A stretch of 64,000 nt of DNA from Amphiscolops sp. MND2022. Its lineage: Eukaryota. Below the pieces are notes generated by a model that ran no database searches, was not told the origin of the DNA, and saw nothing but the letters and a program-made list of their open reading frames with translations. The DNA lies in assembly GCA_964187785.1 (NCBI GenBank), contig OZ076409.1, positions 87,732,001 through 87,796,000 on the forward strand. The letters run 5' to 3'. This document shows, in pieces, positions 11,430 to 25,500 of the stretch. How positions within the stretch are numbered: the first letter of the stretch is position 1; every line of letters starts with the position of its first letter. A program made the translations under genes and the position numbers.

Positions 11430-13419
11430 AACAGGATGGTTATTGTCAACAATGAATTGAGGTTAATCTGACAAATAGTCAAATCGCAAGTTGTGTTTAC
11501 AGCTTCAATAATATTGCAAGAATGATCCCGATTACAGACAGTTCCTGATATATAAACTAATAGGACCATGACACGCATAATAGTGGGTGTAATGTAGCTA
11601 AATATAGGAATTGCATCGTATTTTGACCTTATCCTATACTAAAAAAAAGATCAAACGTCACCCTAAACACTACGTCATTTACTAACAATTTCTAAAAATA
11701 GCAACTGCTCTTATATGAATGGGCAATATTGGTCACCCAATGAAAAAGCATCATGCACTAAGTTTCAATTTTGTAATTGAGGTTACTGCTAGAATTCATC
11801 CCAGTCAAAACATTAAAGTAGCGTCAACTAAATAGCAACTAAGATGAATTTGTTGTACAAATATAGCACAAATAGACTTTGCGTCCACTTGACGGCAAAG
11901 GAGTACTAAATTTGGAGCACTGTGACTGGTCAATAAATAAGTGACGTTGCGTCAACTGGACGGCAACAAAGTACCAGTTGAACGCGTTTCCAGATAGAAT
12001 TGAGCAATACATCTTTTTATTAATCCGTTGGGATTATTGTATCATTGATTAGCACTTTCAACGATTATAGTACAGCAAAGTATTAGCATTTCTGCGATAC
12101 TAGTTCACTTTTAGAGTGTTGCCTGTAAATCAGTCAATGGTTTATTGTACATTGTAGTGATATAAATATGGCTGTGCCGTCTAAATGACCTAACGTCCAA
12201 GTACTAAAATTATACAGTAAACGATTAAATATTGCTAATCTAGTCTAATTTTACATAAACTATTACTAGAAGCAACATGAATAACGTAACGTACAGTGTT
12301 TTAAGCGTGTTTTATATCGGCAGTGTTCCTGGTCCCAAGTTACTTTGGTCATTTTCTGGTGCGATTTGGTAGTACACCCCGTCGCAGGCGGTAGCCTGCG
12401 ACCGTACCCTTCAGGCCATGAAGTTTCCCAAAATTTGCCGTGCTTTGCCGTGGAATTAAACTCTTTCTTGTTTTGAAAGATAACGCTTTAACTACTGTGT
12501 CATCTATATGGCGTACTTTGTATTTTTGTACAGCCACTTTTGTCACATGGAAAGTTATAGGCGCAACGACAGTTTCTAGACTGTTCAGTGTTGTCCGCTG
12601 TGACACTGATAATGGGGCTCAAACTTTTAAACATCAAATATTTTAAACATTTTCGTCTAACTCCCGTGTTTTTTGGTAACCGCTCTTCAAGTTGCCTGGT
12701 TGAACTGGAAATTCATGATTTTTGAAATTTATTTCATTCAATTCATAACGATCTGATTGTTTATCCCAGAGTAGTAAACTGGGGAAAAATAAAAACATAA
12801 TTTTCGTATTTGATTTGTGGCCCAAAATCTGCGGGAAAAGTCATAGGCTTAGAATGTCACCCGTGCGCTTCTTTACTAGCTTTACGCGTATCGAAAAAGC
12901 AATGAGGCCAGTAATTGATTTGGGCTGAAAAATCATATTTCAAGAAAAAATGTTGTAAAAAGTGTTTTAAAACTGCTGTTTGTAGCCACATGTTTTGATT
13001 CAAAAGACTCTGCTTATACCACCGCACTAAAAATGCACCGGAAGAAGCGATGATCTAAGAGGACGAAAAAATAGCATGATTGTCTCAAAAGTAAGAACTT
13101 TTGAAAAAATCTTACCATGTTTAGACCTAAATGCCTCTGATAACGAAACTTTACCCACAGCAAAAAGACATCCCCTACTTTTCTCTAATCAAACACTGCC
13201 CTAGGCAATCAAACCGGCAAGGTGAAGTTTAATCAGCGACAAAAATTAGGAGCTCGAAAAAACGTGAAGATTTAGTTCAAAAAAATCTCTTGAGAGCAAT
13301 TTTTTCAATTTTTAGTTTTTTGGTTGAAAAAAAATTCCACAAAGTGCTCGAGCTCTATGCGACCAACGAAAAGTTTGCGGTTCTATGACATTTATGACCT
13401 TCAATAACGGTTTGGTCGT

Positions 13420-14706
13420 TTATTTTTTCCATCGAGTTCCGACTCGGAGTTGTTTCATTATAAAATGTACCGGCTTTGGTCTGCAAAGGATTTCTTGAAA
13501 AATCCTTTCTTTCCGCAATTTCTTGATATAGTTTTCCCGGGAGGCCAGTTGATTGGTTTCAATATTTGTTTTCACTGTATTTGAAGCCCAACAGCTGTTC
13601 CCAGGCCTGTTCTGGGTTTTCGCTTTCTGTTGGTTGTAATTTGAAGGAATACGACCTTTTGTGTTGCCAGCTTTTGTCTCACATGAAACGATACATGTAT
13701 TTGTGAAGCAATACATCAATAGTTTTACTGACATGCCGCTTATCAGTTCGTTGTGTACTTTTGTGGTCATTGTTTGAAATTATTTTCTTCCCATTTCCCA
13801 TATTGGTATTTCTCGCAGTTTCATTTCTCTTCCGTATGTTAAAATGTGCCTTTTGTTCTGCTGGTCCGAGCTTTGTTTGGTGAATAGTTCTTGGTCTCTG
13901 TAGGAATTTTAGATTTCGAGGGCGGAGAGATTTTCCCAAGAATCTAACTCTATCAGAAAAAGGACTTTTAGTGAGTAAGTTCGGTTATTTCTATCGTGTT
14001 CACGCTTATCCAAAATCTCTCCAGTGCTCAAGTTATTCGGTTCTCATTGATTGACTAAGAAAGTTGAAGTAATAATCGAATTACTTTTTATAAAGAAAGT
14101 ATTATCTGGATCTTTAACAACAATCGCTAACTAATAACTACACGCAATTCAGCCAACTAAGTCTCGCGAAAATACAAGTGACGGACTTGTAGAATTTCTA
14201 TCTCTAGTTCCCAGAGCTAACGACGAACCAGTTCTCTTAGCGAAGCCAGGTTTCTTGCCCCCGTCTCGAGGCTCAACTTGCTTGTAGCTCTCTAACTCGG
14301 TTGAGAAGCGCTAGTGTTATTTCGAACAAGTATCTTGTCTCCGCAAGACTCAACTTGATCCCAGCTTTTCAACTCGGTTCTGTCAATTCAATTATGTTCT
14401 TATTCCGCCTCAATTATTTTTATTAATCCCACGTGTTTCTGGTAGTCTCATCTTCGCCTTCTATCATACTTGACATTTTGGTTACATACAGAGCGTCGGC
14501 ATATTGAGTTTGCATGTGTTTACTTTCAAGTTTACTATTCTTTTTATGGCATGGCGAAGGCCTTGGTTATTCTTCGGCTAAACATTCTTTCTCGCCAACG
14601 ACAAATAATTCGACAATAGTTGTACAAAGTTCACATTTCAATAAAAATTCAAGTCACCCAAGATATTTCTAGTATCGGGACATTCATTCAATGACCTTCC
14701 ATTACA
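13420..14706 (-). mobile_element. Possible 5' LTR + PBS + decayed gag start of another LTR element
   Basis: Minus strand TGTAATGG start at 14706, AATAAA near 14420, then TGGTTCGTCG PBS-like motif at 14230, then broken ORFs 13420-13939. Confidence 0.35.
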
Positions 14707-16116
14707 TGATATACATGCTTTCTACGAGTAAGGGGTATTTTTCTCCTATTCTGAGCACGGTGCATCGCGAATTCTCCCGCTTGACTGAATTGCATAAATT
14801 ATCACGCAAACGGCGCTGATTTACAAGTTTTAATGTAAGTTCTTCCATACGTTCCGGGTTACAACTAAAATGGCTTTGAGGTCCATCGGTGACCTTGGTG
14901 TTATTTGTCGTCATCCGAAGTTGCTACAGCGCAAAATCTAACATCCTATGGTCAATGGTCTTCGGGTTTTACGATGTGCGTATAGTTTGTTTACTTAGGG
15001 CGGTTACCCTCGCAAGGGTTAGAAATAGGGTTTCATTCACGTTAAAAATCGACTAAAGTCATCATCCCGGTTCGTTTGAGGTATTACAAGCCAAAGTCAA
15101 ATGTCTTTTATCCGTCGGGCCCGCGCGTCCGGTCCCGCGTGCCTTAAACAAACATTACTCCGCGCGTCGTGGACCGAGTTATGTATCTTTCATGTATATT
15201 ACTTAGGGTTGCTAGGTGAACATCTTGGGCAAGTTTCATACTTCTCGGGTCGACTGGTGGCTATTTACATAACATTCGGGCTTTATTTACATAGGTCCGT
15301 GCTCCAATTACGCGCATCGTAGGGTTTCGAAAATATGCACAAACGGCTTAATGTCCTATGGGCTATGAATTCCATATAAAATATGACTTATTCCGTGTTT
15401 GGTCGACGAGTTTGCCGGGGGATCGACCTAGGTCACTTCCAGTGTTAATAGCTCGGGCTGGGGGGTCTCGGCTCGGAGCATAACTGCTCAGGTATACGTG
15501 TGCCAAATTTCAGGTCTCTACGTCTAACAGTCTTTGACAAAAACCGTCTGGGGTGTTTCCGCTTTTGTCACACTTGGTTTTCCTATGTGGTATCTTAGAA
15601 TTTTTTCGCTTGAAAGTGGGACTTAGTAAAATTCGCTCCAAGAGATCAGCTCTGACTTAGACAATTCAAATCATCTCATTGTTGACGTCACTCCATAACT
15701 TATAAATTCTACCTTAGAAGCTTTGTTTACTAAGTAAATACCTAGTTTGCCAAAAAAGCCATATCGAAGCATGCTATTGTCAGCCTGTTCAGCTGTTTTC
15801 ACTATTCCGGCGGTCTAAAAACAAGATTAACATAGTCCTGTCGGTCCTGTCGGTCGTATACTTCGAGCAAATGCAATGGATTTTTGTAGACGCCAAAAGC
15901 TAAAATTTCCACAGTCTCATTCTTGGTTTAAGAATTGTGTAGCTTTATTTCAGATAATGCTGACTGCGCCATGTCGTTTTCTAATGTTGACACAATAATT
16001 CGAACATTTGAAAAATGTATAAAAAAAGGGAAGTGTCACAAATCAAAAATATCCAATGTATTTTTTCAATACTGAGGAACTGTTATAAGGCACCAGTTAC
16101 TGTTTTGACTGCACCT

Positions 16117-16960
16117 CCCATGTTTTCGATCTTTGCGAATCTGTGCAGATCTGCAGGATTTTTGCAGATCTTTGCAGATATGTGCAGATTCGAAAAAAAA
16201 CTGACGTACTCAGGAACACAATAAAAACCCACAGCGATGTCAAACGAATAATAAAAACGTTTAAAACTAGAGTGAAGTCTCATTTAGGTCAAAATGATGA
16301 AACATTTTTCTGTAGCAATCTGTAAAGATCTGTAGAGAATTACAGATCTTAACAGATCTTTACAGAGCCAAACAGTGGCCAACAAATTACGATAACGTAT
16401 TCCAAGTTAACAGCAATTATTAAAAATACTCCAGCAAACTATGTTGCGGAAATATTATAACAACAACACTTTATCAACACATCGATCAACCCAGAAGGTT
16501 GCCACATGTCAAGCTTTATCTGCCAAAACGAAGTCAATATGGCAAACGAGCCTCTCAAAGTTGAACAACCGCTTCTGGAAAGTTCGAGTGAAATAGATAA
16601 ATTAGTGTATGACCTATACCAAATATTCCCCAAACACCAAAATTACTGCGATGGGGACAATATTTCATTCTAATGAATTTTGAGTGAAGTTTGAGTGATG
16701 GAGAGTTCCTACTGACTGACCTTAGGTCAGCTAAAATACTCAATAACGTAGTTGAAGAAGTCCAAAAATGCAGTATATTGGTTCCTTAAAAGCTGCAGAA
16801 AAACATATTTCTGCAAAAATCTTTAAAGAAAATCTGCACACTTCTGTAAAGATCTTGCAGATCTGTATGGATCTTCAACCTTCAGTGCAACGATCTTTGC
16901 AGAAGCCTGCAGAAAAAACCCTGCAGATCTGCACAGATTCGCGAAGATGGAAAACCTGGG
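16117..16960. mobile_element. Non-autonomous TIR element (CCC..GGG ends, ~41-bp TIR, 2-bp CT flanks)
   Basis: Left CCCATGTTTTCGATCTTTGCGAATCTGTGCAGATCTGCAGG versus right reverse complement CCCAGGTTTTCCATCTTCGCGAATCTGTGCAGATCTGCAGG; CT on both sides; internal (C/T)GCAGATCT repeats. Confidence 0.8.
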
Positions 16961-17075
16961 CTCTCATTGTCGCTCTACCACATCCCTCTTCTATGGCTTC
17001 CTTGGTCGACTTCTGCTTCATCGTCTAAAGTAACTGTAATGGGACCTAAGGAGTCTAGAGGCTTAGGCATCGCTC

Positions 17076-17950
17076 TTTAGTCGGTGTTTTCGGAGAAAAA
17101 ACACGACTCTTACTTTGGGTAGTTTGTTTCGTTAGTTCAACGCTATCGGTCCATTTTTTGGGCAAGTTTGTGTTCACTTTTAGAACAACTTGGTACAGAG
17201 ATTAATCACTTCACAAGGAACCAAGCGTTTGAGTCCCTGCTTCAGCCAGAAACTTTTTCGTACAATTGTAAAACTGGACAGGACCCAAAGGTCCCTCTTT
17301 TAATTTTTTTGGACTAAGATCTATTTCAAAATGTTTAAACTCCAAGGCACCCTTCAATTTTTTTGATATTCTACAACAAACTGGTTTTTCCAAGCACCCA
17401 AAGGGCCCCCTTTACAACCTTTGTCCTTACGAAACTTTTCAAAACTTTTGTGTTAAACTTAGGTTTTCTCAGTGGACCAGCACGCTATATACAAACATTT
17501 GAGATGTGATCGTAAAAGCGCTATTTTCGAATTTTGACGTTCTATAGGACGAGAATTGCGTTTTACTAACGAAGAGGCTGAGGTTAACAAAAAAGCATTC
17601 CCATGTCGCCCAGCACGCTATATCCAAGCGTTTGACGTTATATTCCATTTTAACTTTGTTCAAATAAAGCGGAGGAAGAGGTTGCGCTATATCGAAAACA
17701 TTGCGCGCTTGGTCCGTCCTTTTAACGGAGCCCCCTCAATTTTCACTAGTAACCAAAGACTTTTAGACCATAGGGGACTCTATAGGGTTTTCGCCACTAC
17801 GCGACCTACCGTTTATGAAAAAGTCAAAAAATCGATATTTTTTAAATTGAGGGGTTTGAGGGGTTCTCAGTTAAGCAAGATGGGTTGTTTCCAGTTGGGT
17901 GAAAAGTAGTTTTTGACTCTTATGCGCACCTTTTTGGGTATTTTTGGCAA
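17076..17950 (+). repeat. Diverged copy of Helentron-like family A
   Basis: TTTAGTCGGTGTTTT..ACGACT 5' hairpin and CCCAAAGGGNCCCC internal motifs shared with 45691-46779. Confidence 0.5.
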
Positions 17951-18009
17951 TATACAACTGTACAGCATTGAATGATCACTGATACCGAAATACAGTGGAT
18001 GACCGAAAT

Positions 18010-18700
18010 ACGGTGACGCTGCCAGTCATTCAGCGTCAAACGATACCGACTGCAGAAAAAAGAACACAGGGCGGAGAGTGATGCGTTCTAACACACAGCA
18101 CCATAACGCGCGAAAAAACGATAGATCGTACAAAATCAAGCAACTCTACCTGTGAGAAATACGATTGAGCAAAAGAGAGACGTGGTCAACTACACAACGT
18201 CACAAGACTGAACTACGAAACGGAATTGAGGAAATATTTGAGCTCAGTTATGTTGCTGCAGACCCCACAGTATCAGATGAAATGATCACATCAAAATACA
18301 TGAATTCAATAATTATGCTGCCAACCTCACCGCATCATACGAAGTGAACGTCCCGGATTACATGCAGTTAACAGTGATGCCGGAACTGCACTACATCACA
18401 AAGTACAAAACTGGAATATTTTCATACCCTATGCATTATGAAATTCAATAATGATGATGTCAAGTGCACATCGTCACAGAGCAAGATGAACTGCAGTAAG
18501 CATGATATAGCTTAGTGATGATGTCAACCACGCAGCATCAAACGGAAATGGCGGTCAGAAATACAAGCGAACGAAATGGAATGTGGTTGTCTGCACAGCG
18601 TCACAAGACAAAAGGGAGACTGAAATACAAAATGATATCGACGAACTACATGGAAATGAAGGCGATGATGTCGGATACACCACATCATAAAAGTTTGAAC
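18010..18700. repeat. Degenerate tandem repeat, consensus roughly GTGATGNNGTCAACNACACAGCATCA
   Basis: About nine diverged copies at irregular 55-110 bp spacing. Confidence 0.5.
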
Positions 18701-19299
18701 TGGAATGTAATCTATAGTACTCTTCCAAACAGTTTCAAATTTTTTCTTGCATTACTTAGTTAGTCCCTCTCCTGAATGCATTTTACTATAACTAACTTTA
18801 CATATATCAACTAACAATATTACATGTCTGGCCTATCCAGTGATCACAAATCCCTCCAATACTCAGATCAAAATTACTTCATACAATCATCGGTATTCAA
18901 AAAAACATGCAGTTTCGTAGCGATTTCAATTATTTTGATGCTTTCATATTATTCCGATGTACCAACAAATGACTCATGTAATGACGATAACACACCATCA
19001 TCATAATTGATAGTAGCGCAGCCATGTAACGCAATTACGCAATTAGCATTTTGCAAAACTTGCTTCCACCAACTACTATGCTGTGCTATCGGTTGAAATG
19101 GTTACGTGACGTGGTCACGTGCCCAGCGTTGGTAAGTTAAAAAAAGGTGCGAGAGCACCCGCAGTAACTTTTGTTGCAATGTAACGTAGAGTTGGCTACC
19201 ACATTGTTCTAATTGTTTCAACATTTCATAAACTACCATTTTCCACATACCCATACTTACAATTCAAATATAGTTCAGTCTCTAAAGCTCTCAACCTCT

Positions 19300-19625
19300 C
19301 TTTATGTTAAACACTAGTTCGCAAAGCGCAAGGGACAATATTACCGAAGCTAATAGAATGAATAGGCATATCAACATCGAGAGTGAATGTAGTGTACCGG
19401 AAGTCCCCTCTAGAGACCAAATTACCGAGTTCGAGAATAGAGACTTACTTGACCATAGAGTCAACATTGGACAGAACTCAGTCGACCGACGTTTCTAGGA
19501 CAGAATAGACAAATCAGCGATCTAACTAGTCAAGTACTAGCTTTAACAGAAAAGTTATCCTCTATCAATAGAGAAGGGAACGGACTGCTAACTGCATCTA
19601 TTGCACTTGAGACCCGTTCTGACAA
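19300..19625 (+). pseudogene. Possible Gypsy gag N-terminal relic
   Basis: ORF 19304-19498 followed by a coiled-coil-like RQISDLTSQVLALTEKLSSINREGNG reading; no diagnostic domain. Confidence 0.3.
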
Positions 19626-20023
19626 TAGTTTCTGCAGATTGTCTGGAATTCAATGATAAATTTTTTGTTTCAAATTATTCTAAATGGAAAAGAAATCGCA
19701 CTTTTTCTCCGCGAAAGGTTAATTTCCTATCTTAATACAACATGTAAATCGACGAAATTTCACCTTTCGAGAATGATATTTTAAAAACAGTTGAAAATTT
19801 TTGAAATCAAAATACATCCATGTATTCAGTCGATTTGTGGTAAATAATTGAGCATAAAATATGTCAATAAAAAAAGGATAAAATGGTCAAAATTGGAAAA
19901 ACGGAAAAAAGTCCCAAGTTTGCTCAAAATCAGCTCTTGTAACTTTCTCAATTTTATCCCAGTAGTATTTTAAAAACACTAAAATAAACTAGATGAAATT
20001 CCAAGAAAATTTTCATTCTGATG

Positions 20024-20674
20024 TTTTTAGGAGTCGGAAAAAATTTTCGACTACTTATGCAATCGTGTTGTTTTTTTTTGTTTTTTTTTCTCCCGACCTT
20101 TTCATGAAAATTTCAAATTTCTCAAAAACTGTCCATACGATTTTCACGAAATTTTGCACAGTCATTCTACACCCAAAGGGGCCCCTGCATGTGCAAAGGC
20201 ATCAAAATCGTATAACTGGGATGTGAGAAACATAGCCAAAATTAGCCCAAAAATGGCCAAAAAACAGCCATTTTTCGACTTTTTTCGATTTTCTCAAAAA
20301 CTGTCCATACGATTCGAATGAATTTTTCTACAGATATTCTACACCATATTAGAGTCCTATATGTGCAATGGCCTCAAAATCGTATGGCTGGGATGTGAGA
20401 AACATAGCCAAAATTAGCCCAAAAATGGCCAAAAAAACAGCCATTTTTCGACTTTTTTCGATTTTCTCAAAAACTGTCCATACGATTCGAACGAAATTTT
20501 TTACAGATATTCTACACCATATTAGAGTCCTATATGTGCAATGGCATCAAAATCGTATGGCTGGGATGTGAGAAACATAGCCAAAATTAGCCCAAAAATG
20601 GTCAAAAAAGGGCCATTTTTCGACTTCAGAAAAAAACCTAAGCCGACTCCTTTACCGCACATGCGGCTCTGGTT
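20024..20674 (+). mobile_element. Helentron/DINE-1-like non-autonomous element, family B, with internal 172-173 bp tandem repeat
   Basis: Subterminal inverted repeat AGGAGTCGG (20029-20037) / CCGACTCCT (20643-20651); 3' hairpin CCGCA-CA-TGCGG; T-rich ends; repeat units start at 20121, 20293 and 20466. Confidence 0.65.
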
Positions 20675-22559
20675 CAAAATTCTCAACAGATTTCGAGAAA
20701 ATCGAGCCTGAATTCGCCGCGGTGACATTTTCTTAATCACAGTACTGTAGGAATACACGTAGTTGATACATCAGTATGGTTGTTGATATTGTAGAATTGA
20801 GTTGAAGAGAGTTGCATTCTCAGTTTTAACCCCTGGAGATCTCAACAGCTGCATTCACGAACTAATATTCGTACTTTTAGTATACTAGTGTTCTATCAAA
20901 AATTTTTGTTTGATTTATACAAGTTTAATTTTGAGGAAAATTGTTCACAAAAATTTGGGAACCTTTGCAGATTTTTCAAAACCAGTTCATATGCTTCACA
21001 GAAACGTTTCGTAAGAAAAAAATGACACGAAAATGAAAACAATAACAGTAATTCAAGCGAACAGCTCTTAGAAGGCAGCATTTTCTTTCCAAAGAACATT
21101 TGTATCTCCAGGGAAATAAAATGACAATATTGAATTCAACGAAACAAAAAACTGAGTGTTATATTTATCAGTAACTCTTGCAAAACGAAAAAAAAACACA
21201 ATTCGTGGGCAGGAAAAAAACAAAAAAGAAAATATTGAACAAGCACTTAATGGCCCACGTGAAAGCACCTCACAACTTCTTATGTTGACAAGAAGAAAGA
21301 AGTCTGATAGCCATGGAAAAGCAAATATCCATAACAGCGTGAAAGCTCTTTTCCTCTATTATAATAAATCAAAGCATTCACCATCCAAATCTTGCACAGA
21401 AAATTCAAGGAAAAAGTCTGATTGTGTTAAAAAACAAAAATTTTTGTCGACATTGTGTCACTAACTCGGAAATAATGGGACGAATATCCAATTAGATTTA
21501 TATATTACCCCGTTACCATACTATGTTACCACTACAAAAGTCGAGCAGGGTTGAAGCGGTGAGTTTCGTTTTAGCAGTGAAAGGGAAGCAGATACCGTGC
21601 CACAGTCGTTCATGGTTGAGCAAATATTTCTCATATATGGGATGAAAAATTCTAATTTCCACAAATCAAATTACTATCAGAATATATTGAAACACGATGA
21701 CCCAAAACATTGACCATGAGCAGTTATTGTGAGTATCTTTCGGAAAAATAGAAGTTTCACGAAAAGATGGAACTTCAAATGACCAACAAATTGTTTACAG
21801 AGAAGAACAAAACGAGAATACGAGCCCCATGTCAAATATAAGTTTATTCTGATCAAAACGCTCTTCCAATATCCTTCAACTCAAATATCCAAAAATACAT
21901 GTACTCAAATGTATTTTTGACATCTTTCAAATCGTTCATTTGCTACGCGGCTCCTTGAACATTACAACTCAAGTTTAATTTTGAATTTTTATGATTATTT
22001 ATTAACAGCGCTGATAGTTCCTGCGAAGATTTCTCCGATAATCTTGTAAAATTGGGTCTTTTGAGACAATTTTTCAATGACAACTGTGGCAGGCACTTGG
22101 AAAACTCAACAGTGTAAAAAAAACTCAACACTAAGAAAATTCAACTCACTGCTGTAGACAGAAAACTCAACACATGAAAATTCAACACACTTTTGAACTG
22201 CATTTTAAATTGGGATCACACGGGAGAAATTACTTAGTGCGCCTCATTTAGTCAACTAAATTCCACCATTGGATTGTTTTTATGTTCACACATGATTATA
22301 CCAATGCCTCGTTTAATTATACAATCTATATGAAAAAAACTCCATGAGTTACTATTTAATTAATTCCTTTTCTAAAATTGATTAGCAACAAACTTTTGAC
22401 TCTGATTCAGCAGCAAAACTGGTCGAAGTGCAGATGTGCAGTTTCCCAAAAGTGAACCCGGCGAACAACTTGAAATTCGATTAATGTATTGGTGTTAACT
22501 GATTATATTGAGAATGGAATCGAATAGTTTATTTGTTCCAAAAGTTACACAATAAGCTA

Positions 22560-25500
22560 AACGTTATAGATATCTTTTAGAAAAGGACAAAAGAAGAGCT
22601 TCTGCCCATGAGAACCAATTTGCTGTGAACAACAATCTTCATTTTTTATTTCTCGTAAGTTTTCAGGTTTTATGAAATCAAAAAGAGTTCAAATGGTTCC
22701 TTGTTATCGATTACGTAGACTTCATTTATGTTTCTTACAATTTTATTGACTTGCTCCGCAGTAAAGTTCCTCAGTTCTGGCGGAATTAAATTGAGTAAAC
22801 TTAGCCAATTGTAGGCTTTTCTGAGTACATTTGTTAAACTTCGCTGGTTTAGAACCGGTCTCTTATATGTAGAGGGTAGCAGAACTTTTTGTTTTCTACT
22901 AGTGTTGTGGTCACCGACTAAACTTATATCAAAGTATACCCTGGGAGACTCGAGTCGTGATTGTTTGAAAACATCTTTCACTACTTCGACGATAAACATT
23001 TCGTAGACATTGAAAAACTTATGTTTCCTGTAAACATTTTCTAGAGTGTCTCATTGTCGTCGGTAGAAAATAGACTGGACATTTCTTCGCTGAGCTTTAT
23101 TGATAGGCTCAAGGTTCGTTATACAGGTAGAAACATAGTTGATGAGACCATACGGAGTTACTGATTGAGCATAAGCGCAATAAAGAGAGATAAACCTTTT
23201 TGAGGGAAACGGTCACGGAACCTATATACTATTCCACAAAATTCATTCAGTTTTTTGTTACGTGCTCTATGTTTTTTACAGTGAGTTTAGCGTTCAGATA
23301 AACACCTAAGTTTTTGCAATGAGTCTGCAAACGGCACTCTGGTCGTTACTGTTGAAAATGAAGAGTTTTTACCCTGATGAAAGACACACTGATTGTGACT
23401 TTGGAAATAATTTTGGAAAAGATGGAAAATTGGAAATTGGGTCCACGAAATCCATACATATCCAGTTTTGCCTCTAGTTGTTCATGATCTATAGTGTCAA
23501 AAGCTTTTTTCAAATTATTGAAGCAAACGTAACCTCAATTTCGTTAATCAATTTTTTGTCCAAATTTTCAGTTATTTCAGTGATTGCAATTGTGCAGTTG
23601 TAAATGTTTCCGGAACCAAATTGATTAGGGCTCGGAATATTTTGTTTGGTTACAAACGTTGACATTCTTTTAAAAAGCAATTTTTCCAAAGTTTTGCGGA
23701 ATGCGGTCGATAATTTTCAGGTTAAATTTTGTCACCAATTTTGAAGAATGGGATTACATTATTAATTTCACTGCTTCCAGAAATTTTCGATCTTCTTAAC
23801 ATTTGTTCAATAAAGTTCTTCAATATCTTTCGATGATTGGCGAACAGCTTTGAGGAAGTGCATTGCTGATCTCATCTTGACAATTGCTTTGTTTTGGTTT
23901 CAGAATCTCCAAAGTCTTCTTTATTTCGTGTTATTTGTGTATGCTAGAACCAATGTCGTTTGGATTTGCTCAATTTTTCGAGGCTCCATTTTGAATAATT
24001 GTTTTGCCAGTCTTTGTCCAATCTTGCTGAAAAACTGGTTAAAAATTTCAACATTCGGGGTTCTGAGCGGTGGCTTGATATTATGTTTCTCATTTTTCAA
24101 ACCTTGACAAAAATTTTTCATCGACGGGTTTTTTCCCAGTTTCTTTTAGTTATAGTCTCGCTTTGCAAATCTGACGGAATGTGTAACCTCATTTCTGATT
24201 TTCCAATATTTCTCTTTATTTGCTTTAGTTGGGTTGCAGATCATTCGTCTAAAAAGCTTATGCCTTCGTCTCATTTGATTTCTGATTTTGCATGTTGTCC
24301 ATGTTCCTGGCTTGAATTTTTTAGCTTTTTCTGGTGCAAAACGGTTAACGCAGGATTGCATAGCTGCTGTTATTTTCAGTGCATGTTCGATAACTTCACT
24401 TGTTTCATCAATCGAACGCAATTTTTGATTCAACAGAAAAAGAAAATTTAGGGCATTTAGCCTTTTGCGATTTTACAAGAATCTAGTCTAACACGTAATG
24501 TCGTCCGATCTATTTATTGGCAAAACAAAAATTCAACTCCATTTCAACGGCATTAGGATTGTATATGATCAGTTTAAGGGTTTTGGTTCTTACTGGATGG
24601 CTCGTTATTACGTGATCTAAACATGTAGCATTTGTAGTAGTCGGTAAGAAATTTCTAACTCTTAGGGAATAAAAGTTCAATAGAGTTTTGTACTCCGAAA
24701 GGTCGCAGGATTCAACCAGTGTGTCAATGTTGAAATCCCCAAAAGTATTGATATCATGTTTTTGCTAATGTAGAAAAATGGGTAATTGTTCAAATTCATC
24801 AAGAAAAACAATGGTCTTTTACACTCTCAGTTCTGTAAACGACGCATATAATTTTGATCTCTGCTTCATTGAACAAGATCTTTATGATAAGACACTCAAA
24901 GTTAGTTCCATACTGAACAGGATGGATACTCAGTTGTTTGCTTATATACACTACCATGCCACCTCTCAGTTGTCCATTCGTTCGAGCTTTAGATTCAATG
25001 GGCTGATAACCAGGAATATTGAAAGCAGATAAGTCATCATTTTCTGTGAGCCAAGTTTCGATGTGTAGAATCAGTTGCGGAAATTGTTCGCATTCGCTTA
25101 TATCAAGTAATATTCCCTCAAAATGTTTCCCAAGTTATCTAATATTCAAACCTAGACAAAAACTCTCTTTGGATGAGTTGTTCACAGTCATTGATTGGTT
25201 GTCATCAAATTTCAAAAATAAAAGTAGAGTTTGTAGTTTTAGAAGGTTGTTTGCAGTCAAACTTTATGATAGTTCAGTTGCGCTGTTTCAGAAAAGAATC
25301 CTACGTTGAGAATTTTTTATGTACGTAAGAAGTTGACCGCAAACAGTTTTATCGATGATCCGTCGGTGTTGTTGGATTGATTGCATTGTTGTTAGGTTGT
25401 AACTGCGGCGGGTCCTAGCAGATATTTTTCAAACTGCCATACGTTCAAATGCTGGTGATTCTCGTCTGCGTTTGAGTGCACACTTCAACATTGCTTCATT

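Noticed and set aside
18010..20630. CRISPR-like arrays
   Set aside because: Eukaryotic context, no cas genes; repeats are either highly degenerate or whole-unit tandems without unique spacers
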